From the human T2T-CHM13v2.0 reference genome, Homo sapiens: a stretch of 64,000 nucleotides of DNA. This document shows, one piece after another, positions 1-13,100 of the stretch. The notes under the pieces are model-generated. The model was not told where the DNA came from. It saw nothing but the letters and a program-made list of their open reading frames with translations, and did no database searches. Each line of letters begins with the position of its first letter. The stretch's first letter is position 1. A program made the translations under genes and the position numbers. The stretch lies in the NCBI RefSeq assembly GCF_009914755.1, contig NC_060946.1, one strand, 5' to 3'.

Positions 1-65
1 GTTGAATGCAAACATCACAAAGACGTTTCTGAGAATGCTTCTGTCTAGATTTGATATGAAGATAT

Positions 66-82
66 TCCCGTTTCCAACGAAA
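66..82 (-). promoter_or_regulatory. CENP-B box (HOR box 1; recurs in every unit)
   Basis: tcccgtttccaacgaaa is the reverse complement of TTTCGTTGGAAACGGGA, matching the canonical YTTCGTTGGAARCGGGA. Confidence 0.97.
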
Positions 83-236
83 TCTTCAAATCTATCCAAA
101 TGTCCACTTGCAGATTCAACAAAAAGTGTTTTTCAGAACTGCTGTATCAAAAGAAAGATCCACGTCTGTTAGCTGAGTTCACACATCACAAACAAGTTTA
201 TGAGAATGCTTCTGTCTAGTTTTTATTTGAAGATAT

Positions 237-253
237 TTCCTTTCTCACCATAG
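237..253 (+). promoter_or_regulatory. pJ-alpha-type (A-box) motif in an A-type monomer
   Basis: ttcctttctcaccatag, exactly 171 bp from CENP-B box 1 and at the homologous position. Resembles the pJ-alpha consensus TTCCTTTTYCACCRTAG. Confidence 0.75.
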
Positions 254-403
254 ACCTGAAAGCTGTCCTAATGTTCACTTCCAGATACTACAGAAAGAGT
301 GTTTCAAAACTGCTGTACGAAAGGGAATTTTCAACCCTGTGACTTGAATGCACACATCACAAAGAAGTTTCTGAGGATGCTGCTGTCTACTTTTTATACG
401 TAA

Positions 404-420
404 TCCCGTTTCCAACGAAA
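404..420 (-). promoter_or_regulatory. CENP-B box (HOR box 2), flanked by a net 4-bp deletion
   Basis: Exact 17-mer. It is preceded by tttttatacgtaa instead of ttttatatgaagatat, and lies 338 bp from box 1. Confidence 0.97.
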
Positions 421-574
421 TCCTCCAAGCTATCCAAATATCCACTTGCAGATTCCACAGAAAGACTGTTTCAAAACTGCTCTGTCAATAGAAAGGTTCA
501 ACTCTGTTAGCTGCGTGCATATATCCCAAAGAAGATTCTGAGATTGCTTCTGTCTAGTTTTTATGGGAAGATAT

Positions 575-591
575 TTCCCTTTTCACCGTAG
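575..591 (+). promoter_or_regulatory. pJ-alpha-type (A-box) motif
   Basis: ttcccttttcaccgtag, 171 bp from box 2. Homologous variants lie at 917-933 (tccctttatcaccatgg) and 1259-1275 (ttgctttttcaccgtag). Confidence 0.75.
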
Positions 592-745
592 GCGTCAAGG
601 CGCTCCAAATGTCCACTTCCAGATACTACAAAAAGAGTGTTTCAAACCTACTCTGTGAAAGGGAATATTCAACTCTGTGACTTGAATGCACATATCACAA
701 AGAAGTTTCTGAGAATGCTTCTGTCGAGATTTTATATGAAGATAT

Positions 746-762
746 TCCCGTTTCCAACGAAA
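746..762 (-). promoter_or_regulatory. CENP-B box (HOR box 3)
   Basis: Exact 17-mer tcccgtttccaacgaaa, 342 bp from box 2. Confidence 0.97.
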
Positions 763-1087
763 TCCTGAAATCTATCCAAATATCCCCTCGCAGATTCTAC
801 AAAAAGAGTGTTTCAAAACTGCTCTGTAAAAAGAAAGGTTCAACTCTGTTAGTTGAGTACACACATCACAAACAAGTTTCACAGAATGCTTCTTTCTAGC
901 TTGTAGGGGAAGATATTCCCTTTATCACCATGGGCCTCCAAACGTCCGAAACGTCCACTTCCATATACTACAAAAAGAGCGTTTCAAACCTGCTCTAGGA
1001 AAGGCAATGTTCAACTCTGTGACTTGAATGCAGACATCACAGAGCAGTTTCTGAGAATGCTTCTGTCTAGATTTTATAGGAAGATAT

Positions 1088-1104
1088 TCCCGTTTCCAAC
1101 GAAA
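1088..1104 (-). promoter_or_regulatory. CENP-B box (HOR box 4)
   Basis: Exact 17-mer, 342 bp from box 3 and 342 bp from the next box 1 at 1430. Confidence 0.97.
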
Positions 1105-4100
1105 TCTTCACAGCTATCCAAATATCCACTTGCAGATTCTACAAAAAGAGTGTATCAAAACTGCTCTGTCAAAAGGAAGGTTCTTCTCTGTTAGGTGAGT
1201 GCATACGTCATAAAGGAGTTTCTGAGAATGTTTCTGTCTAGTGGTTATGGGAAGATATTTGCTTTTTCACCGTAGGCCTCAGAGCGCTCCAAATATCCAC
1301 TTGCACATACTACAAAAAGAGTGCCTCAGAGCTGCTCTCTGAAACGGAATGTTCAACTCTATGAGTTGAATGCAAACATCACAAAGACGTTTCTGAGAAT
1401 GCTTCTGTCTAGATTTGATATGAAGATATTCCCGTTTCCAACGAAATCTTCAAATCTATCCAAATGTCCACTTGCAGATTCAACAAAAAGTGTTTTTCAG
1501 AACTGCTCTATCAAAAGAAAGATCCACCTCTGTTAGCTGAGTTCACACATCACAAACAAGTTTATGAGAATGCTTCTGTCTAGTTTTTATTTGAAGATAT
1601 TTCCTTTCTCACCATAGACCTGAAAGCTGTCCTAATGTTCACTTCCAGATACTACAGAAAGAGTGTTTCAAAACTGCTGTACGAAAGGGAATGTTCAACT
1701 CTGTGACTTGAATGCACACATCACAAAGAAGTTTCTGAGGATGCTGCTGTCTACTTTTTATACGTAATCCCGTTTCCAACGAAATCCTCCAAGCTATCCA
1801 AATATCCACTTGCAGATTCCACAGAAAGACTGTTTCAAAACTGCTCTGTCAATAGAAAGGTTCAACTCTGTTAGCTGCGTGCATATATCCCAAAGAAGAT
1901 TCTGAGATTCCTTCTGTCTAGTTTTTATGGGAAGATATTTCCCTTTTCACCGTAGGCGTCAAGGCGCTCCAAATGTCCACTTCCAGATACTACAAAAAGA
2001 GTGTTTCAAACCTACTCTGTGAAAGCGAATATTCAACTCTGTGACTTGAATGCACATATCACAAAGAAGTTTCTGAGAATGCTTCTGTCGAGATTTTATA
2101 TGAAGATATTCCCGTTTCCAACGAAATCCTGAAATCTATCCAAATATCCCCTCGCAGATTCTACAAAAAGAGTGTTTCAAAACTGCTCTGTAAAAAGAAA
2201 GGTTCAACTCTGTTAGTTGAGTACACACATCACAAACAAGTTTCACAGAATGCTTCTTTCTAGCTTGTAGGGGAAGATATTCCCTTTATCACCATGGTCC
2301 TCAAACCGTCCGAAACGTCCACTTCCATATACTACAAAAAGAGCGTTTCAAACCTGCTCTAGGAAAGGCAATGTTCAACTCTGTGACTTGAATGCAGACA
2401 TCACAGAGCAGTTTCTGAGAATGCTTCTGTCTAGATTTTATAGGAAGATATTCCCGTTTCCAACGAAATCTTCACAGCTATCCAAATATCCACTTGCAGA
2501 TTCTACAAAAAGAGTGTATCAAAACTGCTCTGTCAAAAGGAAGGTTCTTCTCTGTTAGGTGAGTGCATACGTCATAAAGGAGTTTCTGAGAATGTTTCTG
2601 TCTAGTGGTTATGGGAAGATATTTGCTTTTTCACCGTAGGCCTCAGAGCGCTCCAAATATCCACTTGCACATACTACAAAAAGAGTGCCTCAAAGCTGCT
2701 CTCTGAAACGGAATGTTCAACTCTATGAGTTGAATGCAAACATCACAAAGACGTTTCTGAGAATGCTTCTGTCTAGATTTGATATGAAGATATTCCCGTT
2801 TCCAACGAAATCTTCAAATCTATCCAAATGTCCACTTGCAGATTCAACAAAAAGTGTTTTTCAGAACTGCTGTATCAAAAGAAAGATCCACGTCTGTTAG
2901 CTGAGTTCACACATCACAAACAAGTTTATGAGAATGCTTCTGTCTAGTTTTTATTTGAAGATATTTCCTTTCTCACCATAGACCTGAAAGCTGTCCTAAT
3001 GTTCACTTCCAGATACTACAGAAAGAGTGTTTCAAAACTGCTGTACGAAAGGGAATTTTCAACCCTGTGACTTGAATGCACACATCACAAAGAAGTTTCT
3101 GAGGATGCTGCTGTCTACTTTTTATACGTAATCCCGTTTCCAACGAAATCCTCCAAGCTATCCAAATATCCACTTGCAGATTCCACAGAAAGACTGTTTC
3201 AAAACTGCTCTGTCAATAGAAAGGTTCAACTCTGTTAGCTGCGTGCATATATCCCAAAGAAGATTCTGAGATTGCTTCTGTCTAGTTTTTATGGGAAGAT
3301 ATTTCCCTTTTCACCGTAGGCGTCAAGGCGCTCCAAATGTCCACTTCCAGATACTACAAAAAGAGTGTTTCAAACCTACTCTGTGAAAGGGAATATTCAA
3401 CTCTGTGACTTGAATGCACATATCACAAAGAAGTTTCTGAGAATGCTTCTGTCGAGATTTTATATGAAGATATTCCCGTTTCCAACGAAATCCTGAAATC
3501 TATCCAAATATCCCCTCGCAGATTCTACAAAAAGAGTGTTTCAAAACTGCTCTGTAAAAAGAAAGGTTCAACTCTGTTAGTTGAGTACACACATCACAAA
3601 CAAGTTTCACAGAATGCTTCTTTCTAGCTTGTAGGGGAAGATATTCCCTTTATCACCATGGGCCTCCAAACGTCCGAAACGTCCACTTCCATATACTACA
3701 AAAAGAGCGTTTCAAACCTGCTCTAGGAAAGGCAATGTTCAACTCTGTGACTTGAATGCAGACATCACAGAGCAGTTTCTGAGAATGCTTCTGTCTAGAT
3801 TTTATAGGAAGATATTCCCGTTTCCAACGAAATCTTCACAGCTATCCAAATATCCACTTGCAGATTCTACAAAAAGAGTGTATCAAAACTGCTCTGTCAA
3901 AAGGAAGGTTCTTCTCTGTTAGGTGAGTGCATACGTCATAAAGGAGTTTCTGAGAATGTTTCTGTCTAGTGGTTATGGGAAGATATTTGCTTTTTCACCG
4001 TAGGCCTCAGAGCGCTCCAAATATCCACTTGCACATACTACAAAAAGAGTGCCTCAGAGCTGCTCTCTGAAACGGAATGTTCAACTCTATGAGTTGAATG

Positions 4101-7100
4101 CAAACATCACAAAGACGTTTCTGAGAATGCTTCTGTCTAGATTTGATATGAAGATATTCCCGTTTCCAACGAAATCTTCAAATCTATCCAAATGTCCACT
4201 TGCAGATTCAACAAAAAGTGTTTTTCAGAACTGCTCTATCAAAAGAAAGATCCACCTCTGTTAGCTGAGTTCACACATCACAAACAAGTTTATGAGAATG
4301 CTTCTGTCTAGTTTTTATTTGAAGATATTTCCTTTCTCACCATAGACCTGAAAGCTGTCCTAATGTTCACTTCCAGATACTACAGAAAGAGTGTTTCAAA
4401 ACTGCTGTACGAAAGGGAATGTTCAACTCTGTGACTTGAATGCACACATCACAAAGAAGTTTCTGAGGATGCTGCTGTCTACTTTTTATACGTAATCCCG
4501 TTTCCAACGAAATCCTCCAAGCTATCCAAATATCCACTTGCAGATTCCACAGAAAGACTGTTTCAAAACTGCTCTGTCAATAGAAAGGTTCAACTCTGTT
4601 AGCTGCGTGCATATATCCCAAAGAAGATTCTGAGATTCCTTCTGTCTAGTTTTTATGGGAAGATATTTCCCTTTTCACCGTAGGCGTCAAGGCGCTCCAA
4701 ATGTCCACTTCCAGATACTACAAAAAGAGTGTTTCAAACCTACTCTGTGAAAGCGAATATTCAACTCTGTGACTTGAATGCACATATCACAAAGAAGTTT
4801 CTGAGAATGCTTCTGTCGAGATTTTATATGAAGATATTCCCGTTTCCAACGAAATCCTGAAATCTATCCAAATATCCCCTCGCAGATTCTACAAAAAGAG
4901 TGTTTCAAAACTGCTCTGTAAAAAGAAAGGTTCAACTCTGTTAGTTGAGTACACACATCACAAACAAGTTTCACAGAATGCTTCTTTCTAGCTTGTAGGG
5001 GAAGATATTCCCTTTATCACCATGGTCCTCAAACCGTCCGAAACGTCCACTTCCATATACTACAAAAAGAGCGTTTCAAACCTGCTCTAGGAAAGGCAAT
5101 GTTCAACTCTGTGACTTGAATGCAGACATCACAGAGCAGTTTCTGAGAATGCTTCTGTCTAGATTTTATAGGAAGATATTCCCGTTTCCAACGAAATCTT
5201 CACAGCTATCCAAATATCCACTTGCAGATTCTACAAAAAGAGTGTATCAAAACTGCTCTGTCAAAAGGAAGGTTCTTCTCTGTTAGGTGAGTGCATACGT
5301 CATAAAGGAGTTTCTGAGAATGTTTCTGTCTAGTGGTTATGGGAAGATATTTGCTTTTTCACCGTAGGCCTCAGAGCGCTCCAAATATCCACTTGCACAT
5401 ACTACAAAAAGAGTGCCTCAAAGCTGCTCTCTGAAACGGAATGTTCAACTCTATGAGTTGAATGCAAACATCACAAAGACGTTTCTGAGAATGCTTCTGT
5501 CTAGATTTGATATGAAGATATTCCCGTTTCCAACGAAATCTTCAAATCTATCCAAATGTCCACTTGCAGATTCAACAAAAAGTGTTTTTCAGAACTGCTG
5601 TATCAAAAGAAAGATCCACGTCTGTTAGCTGAGTTCACACATCACAAACAAGTTTATGAGAATGCTTCTGTCTAGTTTTTATTTGAAGATATTTCCTTTC
5701 TCACCATAGACCTGAAAGCTGTCCTAATGTTCACTTCCAGATACTACAGAAAGAGTGTTTCAAAACTGCTGTACGAAAGGGAATTTTCAACCCTGTGACT
5801 TGAATGCACACATCACAAAGAAGTTTCTGAGGATGCTGCTGTCTACTTTTTATACGTAATCCCGTTTCCAACGAAATCCTCCAAGCTATCCAAATATCCA
5901 CTTGCAGATTCCACAGAAAGACTGTTTCAAAACTGCTCTGTCAATAGAAAGGTTCAACTCTGTTAGCTGCGTGCATATATCCCGAAGAAGATTCTGAGAT
6001 TGCTTCTGTCTAGTTTTTATGGGAAGATATTTCCCTTTTCACCGTAGGCGTCAAGGCGCTCCAAATGTCCACTTCCAGATACTACAAAAAGAGTGTTTCA
6101 AACCTACTCTGTGAAAGCGAATATTCAACTCTGTGACTTGAATGCACATATCACAAAGAAGTTTCTGAGAATGCTTCTGTCGAGATTTTATATGAAGATA
6201 TTCCCGTTTCCAACGAAATCCTGAAATCTATCCAAATATCCCCTCGCAGATTCTACAAAAAGAGTGTTTCAAAACTGCTCTGTAAAAAGAAAGGTTCAAC
6301 TCTGTTAGTTGAGTACACACATCACAAACAAGTTTCACAGAATGCTTCTTTCTAGCTTGTAGGGGAAGATATTCCCTTTATCACCATGGGCCTCCAAACG
6401 TCCGAAACGTCCACTTCCATATACTACAAAAAGAGCGTTTCAAACCTGCTCTAGGAAAGGCAATGTTCAACTCTGTGACTTGAATGCAGACATCACAGAG
6501 CAGTTTCTGAGAATGCTTCTGTCTAGATTTTATAGGAAGATATTCCCGTTTCCAACGAAATCTTCACAGCTATCCAAATATCCACTTGCAGATTCTACAA
6601 AAAGAGTGTATCAAAACTGCTCTGTCAAAAGGAAGGTTCTTCTCTGTTAGGTGAGTGCATACGTCATAAAGGAGTTTCTGAGAATGTTTCTGTCTAGTGG
6701 TTATGGGAAGATATTTGCTTTTTCACCGTAGGCCTCAGAGCGCTCCAAATATCCACTTGCACATACTACAAAAAGAGTGCCTCAAAGCTGCTCTCTGAAA
6801 CGGAATGTTCAACTCTATGAGTTGAATGCAAACATCACAAAGACGTTTCTGAGAATGCTTCTGTCTAGATTTGATATGAAGATATTCCCGTTTCCAACGA
6901 AATCTTCAAATCTATCCAAATGTCCACTTGCAGATTCAACAAAAAGTGTTTTTCAGAACTGCTGTATCAAAAGAAAGATCCACGTCTGTTAGCTGAGTTC
7001 ACACATCACAAACAAGTTTATGAGAATGCTTCTGTCTAGTTTTTATTTGAAGATATTTCCTTTCTCACCATAGACCTGAAAGCTGTCCTAATGTTCACTT

Positions 7101-10100
7101 CCAGATACTACAGAAAGAGTGTTTCAAAACTGCTGTACGAAAGGGAATTTTCAACCCTGTGACTTGAATGCACACATCACAAAGAAGTTTCTGAGGATGC
7201 TGCTGTCTACTTTTTATACGTAATCCCGTTTCCAACGAAATCCTCCAAGCTATCCAAATATCCACTTGCAGATTCCACAGAAAGACTGTTTCAAAACTGC
7301 TCTGTCAATAGAAAGGTTCAACTCTGTTAGCTGCGTGCATATATCCCAAAGAAGATTCTGAGATTGCTTCTGTCTAGTTTTTATGGGAAGATATTTCCCT
7401 TTTCACCGTAGGCGTCAAGGCGCTCCAAATGTCCACTTCCAGATACTACAAAAAGAGTGTTTCAAACCTACTCTGTGAAAGGGAATATTCAACTCTGTGA
7501 CTTGAATGCACATATCACAAAGAAGTTTCTGAGAATGCTTCTGTCGAGATTTTATATGAAGATATTCCCGTTTCCAACGAAATCCTGAAATCTATCCAAA
7601 TATCCCCTCGCAGATTCTACAAAAAGAGTGTTTCAAAACTGCTCTGTAAAAAGAAAGGTTCAACTCTGTTAGTTGAGTACACACATCACAAACAAGTTTC
7701 ACAGAATGCTTCTTTCTAGCTTGTAGGGGAAGATATTCCCTTTATCACCATGGGCCTCCAAACGTCCGAAACGTCCACTTCCATATACTACAAAAAGAGC
7801 GTTTCAAACCTGCTCTAGGAAAGGCAATGTTCAACTCTGTGACTTGAATGCAGACATCACAGAGCAGTTTCTGAGAATGCTTCTGTCTAGATTTTATAGG
7901 AAGATATTCCCGTTTCCAACGAAATCTTCACAGCTATCCAAATATCCACTTGCAGATTCTACAAAAAGAGTGTATCAAAACTGCTCTGTCAAAAGGAAGG
8001 TTCTTCTCTGTTAGGTGAGTGCATACGTCATAAAGGAGTTTCTGAGAATGTTTCTGTCTAGTGGTTATGGGAAGATATTTGCTTTTTCACCGTAGGCCTC
8101 AGAGCGCTCCAAATATCCACTTGCACATACTACAAAAAGAGTGCCTCAGAGCTGCTCTCTGAAACGGAATGTTCAACTCTATGAGTTGAATGCAAACATC
8201 ACAAAGACGTTTCTGAGAATGCTTCTGTCTAGATTTGATATGAAGATATTCCCGTTTCCAACGAAATCTTCAAATCTATCCAAATGTCCACTTGCAGATT
8301 CAACAAAAAGTGTTTTTCAGAACTGCTCTATCAAAAGAAAGATCCACCTCTGTTAGCTGAGTTCACACATCACAAACAAGTTTATGAGAATGCTTCTGTC
8401 TAGTTTTTATTTGAAGATATTTCCTTTCTCACCATAGACCTGAAAGCTGTCCTAATGTTCACTTCCAGATACTACAGAAAGAGTGTTTCAAAACTGCTGT
8501 ACGAAAGGGAATGTTCAACTCTGTGACTTGAATGCACACATCACAAAGAAGTTTCTGAGGATGCTGCTGTCTACTTTTTATACGTAATCCCGTTTCCAAC
8601 GAAATCCTCCAAGCTATCCAAATATCCACTTGCAGATTCCACAGAAAGACTGTTTCAAAACTGCTCTGTCAATAGAAAGGTTCAACTCTGTTAGCTGCGT
8701 GCATATATCCCAAAGAAGATTCTGAGATTCCTTCTGTCTAGTTTTTATGGGAAGATATTTCCCTTTTCACCGTAGGCGTCAAGGCGCTCCAAATGTCCAC
8801 TTCCAGATACTACAAAAAGAGTGTTTCAAACCTACTCTGTGAAAGCGAATATTCAACTCTGTGACTTGAATGCACATATCACAAAGAAGTTTCTGAGAAT
8901 GCTTCTGTCGAGATTTTATATGAAGATATTCCCGTTTCCAACGAAATCCTGAAATCTATCCAAATATCCCCTCGCAGATTCTACAAAAAGAGTGTTTCAA
9001 AACTGCTCTGTAAAAAGAAAGGTTCAACTCTGTTAGTTGAGTACACACATCACAAACAAGTTTCACAGAATGCTTCTTTCTAGCTTGTAGGGGAAGATAT
9101 TCCCTTTATCACCATGGTCCTCAAACCGTCCGAAACGTCCACTTCCATATACTACAAAAAGAGCGTTTCAAACCTGCTCTAGGAAAGGCAATGTTCAACT
9201 CTGTGACTTGAATGCAGACATCACAGAGCAGTTTCTGAGAATGCTTCTGTCTAGATTTTATAGGAAGATATTCCCGTTTCCAACGAAATCTTCACAGCTA
9301 TCCAAATATCCACTTGCAGATTCTACAAAAAGAGTGTATCAAAACTGCTCTGTCAAAAGGAAGGTTCTTCTCTGTTAGGTGAGTGCATACGTCATAAAGG
9401 AGTTTCTGAGAATGTTTCTGTCTAGTGGTTATGGGAAGATATTTGCTTTTTCACCGTAGGCCTCAGAGCGCTCCAAATATCCACTTGCACATACTACAAA
9501 AAGAGTGCCTCAAAGCTGCTCTCTGAAACGGAATGTTCAACTCTATGAGTTGAATGCAAACATCACAAAGACGTTTCTGAGAATGCTTCTGTCTAGATTT
9601 GATATGAAGATATTCCCGTTTCCAACGAAATCTTCAAATCTATCCAAATGTCCACTTGCAGATTCAACAAAAAGTGTTTTTCAGAACTGCTGTATCAAAA
9701 GAAAGATCCACGTCTGTTAGCTGAGTTCACACATCACAAACAAGTTTATGAGAATGCTTCTGTCTAGTTTTTATTTGAAGATATTTCCTTTCTCACCATA
9801 GACCTGAAAGCTGTCCTAATGTTCACTTCCAGATACTACAGAAAGAGTGTTTCAAAACTGCTGTACGAAAGGGAATTTTCAACCCTGTGACTTGAATGCA
9901 CACATCACAAAGAAGTTTCTGAGGATGCTGCTGTCTACTTTTTATACGTAATCCCGTTTCCAACGAAATCCTCCAAGCTATCCAAATATCCACTTGCAGA
10001 TTCCACAGAAAGACTGTTTCAAAACTGCTCTGTCAATAGAAAGGTTCAACTCTGTTAGCTGCGTGCATATATCCCAAAGAAGATTCTGAGATTGCTTCTG

Positions 10101-13100
10101 TCTAGTTTTTATGGGAAGATATTTCCCTTTTCACCGTAGGCGTCAAGGCGCTCCAAATGTCCACTTCCAGATACTACAAAAAGAGTGTTTCAAACCTACT
10201 CTGTGAAAGGGAATATTCAACTCTGTGACTTGAATGCACATATCACAAAGAAGTTTCTGAGAATGCTTCTGTCGAGATTTTATATGAAGATATTCCCGTT
10301 TCCAACGAAATCCTGAAATCTATCCAAATATCCCCTCGCAGATTCTACAAAAAGAGTGTTTCAAAACTGCTCTGTAAAAAGAAAGGTTCAACTCTGTTAG
10401 TTGAGTACACACATCACAAACAAGTTTCACAGAATGCTTCTTTCTAGCTTGTAGGGGAAGATATTCCCTTTATCACCATGGGCCTCCAAACGTCCGAAAC
10501 GTCCACTTCCATATACTACAAAAAGAGCGTTTCAAACCTGCTCTAGGAAAGGCAATGTTCAACTCTGTGACTTGAATGCAGACATCACAGAGCAGTTTCT
10601 GAGAATGCTTCTGTCTAGATTTTATAGGAAGATATTCCCGTTTCCAACGAAATCTTCACAGCTATCCAAATATCCACTTGCAGATTCTACAAAAAGAGTG
10701 TATCAAAACTGCTCTGTCAAAAGGAAGGTTCTTCTCTGTTAGGTGAGTGCATACGTCATAAAGGAGTTTCTGAGAATGTTTCTGTCTAGTGGTTATGGGA
10801 AGATATTTGCTTTTTCACCGTAGGCCTCAGAGCGCTCCAAATATCCACTTGCACATACTACAAAAAGAGTGCCTCAGAGCTGCTCTCTGAAACGGAATGT
10901 TCAACTCTATGAGTTGAATGCAAACATCACAAAGACGTTTCTGAGAATGCTTCTGTCTAGATTTGATATGAAGATATTCCCGTTTCCAACGAAATCTTCA
11001 AATCTATCCAAATGTCCACTTGCAGATTCAACAAAAAGTGTTTTTCAGAACTGCTCTATCAAAAGAAAGATCCACCTCTGTTAGCTGAGTTCACACATCA
11101 CAAACAAGTTTATGAGAATGCTTCTGTCTAGTTTTTATTTGAAGATATTTCCTTTCTCACCATAGACCTGAAAGCTGTCCTAATGTTCACTTCCAGATAC
11201 TACAGAAAGAGTGTTTCAAAACTGCTGTACGAAAGGGAATGTTCAACTCTGTGACTTGAATGCACACATCACAAAGAAGTTTCTGAGGATGCTGCTGTCT
11301 ACTTTTTATACGTAATCCCGTTTCCAACGAAATCCTCCAAGCTATCCAAATATCCACTTGCAGATTCCACAGAAAGACTGTTTCAAAACTGCTCTGTCAA
11401 TAGAAAGGTTCAACTCTGTTAGCTGCGTGCATATATCCCAAAGAAGATTCTGAGATTCCTTCTGTCTAGTTTTTATGGGAAGATATTTCCCTTTTCACCG
11501 TAGGCGTCAAGGCGCTCCAAATGTCCACTTCCAGATACTACAAAAAGAGTGTTTCAAACCTACTCTGTGAAAGCGAATATTCAACTCTGTGACTTGAATG
11601 CACATATCACAAAGAAGTTTCTGAGAATGCTTCTGTCGAGATTTTATATGAAGATATTCCCGTTTCCAACGAAATCCTGAAATCTATCCAAATATCCCCT
11701 CGCAGATTCTACAAAAAGAGTGTTTCAAAACTGCTCTGTAAAAAGAAAGGTTCAACTCTGTTAGTTGAGTACACACATCACAAACAAGTTTCACAGAATG
11801 CTTCTTTCTAGCTTGTAGGGGAAGATATTCCCTTTATCACCATGGTCCTCAAACCGTCCGAAACGTCCACTTCCATATACTACAAAAAGAGCGTTTCAAA
11901 CCTGCTCTAGGAAAGGCAATGTTCAACTCTGTGACTTGAATGCAGACATCACAGAGCAGTTTCTGAGAATGCTTCTGTCTAGATTTTATAGGAAGATATT
12001 CCCGTTTCCAACGAAATCTTCACAGCTATCCAAATATCCACTTGCAGATTCTACAAAAAGAGTGTATCAAAACTGCTCTGTCAAAAGGAAGGTTCTTCTC
12101 TGTTAGGTGAGTGCATACGTCATAAAGGAGTTTCTGAGAATGTTTCTGTCTAGTGGTTATGGGAAGATATTTGCTTTTTCACCGTAGGCCTCAGAGCGCT
12201 CCAAATATCCACTTGCACATACTACAAAAAGAGTGCCTCAAAGCTGCTCTCTGAAACGGAATGTTCAACTCTATGAGTTGAATGCAAACATCACAAAGAC
12301 GTTTCTGAGAATGCTTCTGTCTAGATTTGATATGAAGATATTCCCGTTTCCAACGAAATCTTCAAATCTATCCAAATGTCCACTTGCAGATTCAACAAAA
12401 AGTGTTTTTCAGAACTGCTGTATCAAAAGAAAGATCCACGTCTGTTAGCTGAGTTCACACATCACAAACAAGTTTATGAGAATGCTTCTGTCTAGTTTTT
12501 ATTTGAAGATATTTCCTTTCTCACCATAGACCTGAAAGCTGTCCTAATGTTCACTTCCAGATACTACAGAAAGAGTGTTTCAAAACTGCTGTACGAAAGG
12601 GAATTTTCAACCCTGTGACTTGAATGCACACATCACAAAGAAGTTTCTGAGGATGCTGCTGTCTACTTTTTATACGTAATCCCGTTTCCAACGAAATCCT
12701 CCAAGCTATCCAAATATCCACTTGCAGATTCCACAGAAAGACTGTTTCAAAACTGCTCTGTCAATAGAAAGGTTCAACTCTGTTAGCTGCGTGCATATAT
12801 CCCGAAGAAGATTCTGAGATTGCTTCTGTCTAGTTTTTATGGGAAGATATTTCCCTTTTCACCGTAGGCGTCAAGGCGCTCCAAATGTCCACTTCCAGAT
12901 ACTACAAAAAGAGTGTTTCAAACCTACTCTGTGAAAGCGAATATTCAACTCTGTGACTTGAATGCACATATCACAAAGAAGTTTCTGAGAATGCTTCTGT
13001 CGAGATTTTATATGAAGATATTCCCGTTTCCAACGAAATCCTGAAATCTATCCAAATATCCCCTCGCAGATTCTACAAAAAGAGTGTTTCAAAACTGCTC

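Larger units (their letters stand above)
1..1364 (-). repeat. One HOR unit; probable D14Z9/D22Z1 (alphaXT, S2C14/22H1L; chr14 or chr22), SF2 dimeric family
   Basis: Four B-box/A-box dimers of 338+342+342+342 bp. One TaqI site (TCGA 724-727) and two XbaI sites (TCTAGA 44-49 and 1066-1071) per unit, no EcoRI site noticed. This matches my recollection of the alphaXT 8-mer shared by chr14 and chr22. Other SF2 ~1.36-kb HORs (chr18, chr20) are not formally excluded, and chr14 versus chr22 cannot be decided here. Confidence 0.72.

Noticed and set aside
1189-1200. Splice-donor-like ttagGTGAGT once per HOR
   Set aside because: It is a point variant of the alphoid motif gttagttgagt. There is no exon structure or transcript evidence.
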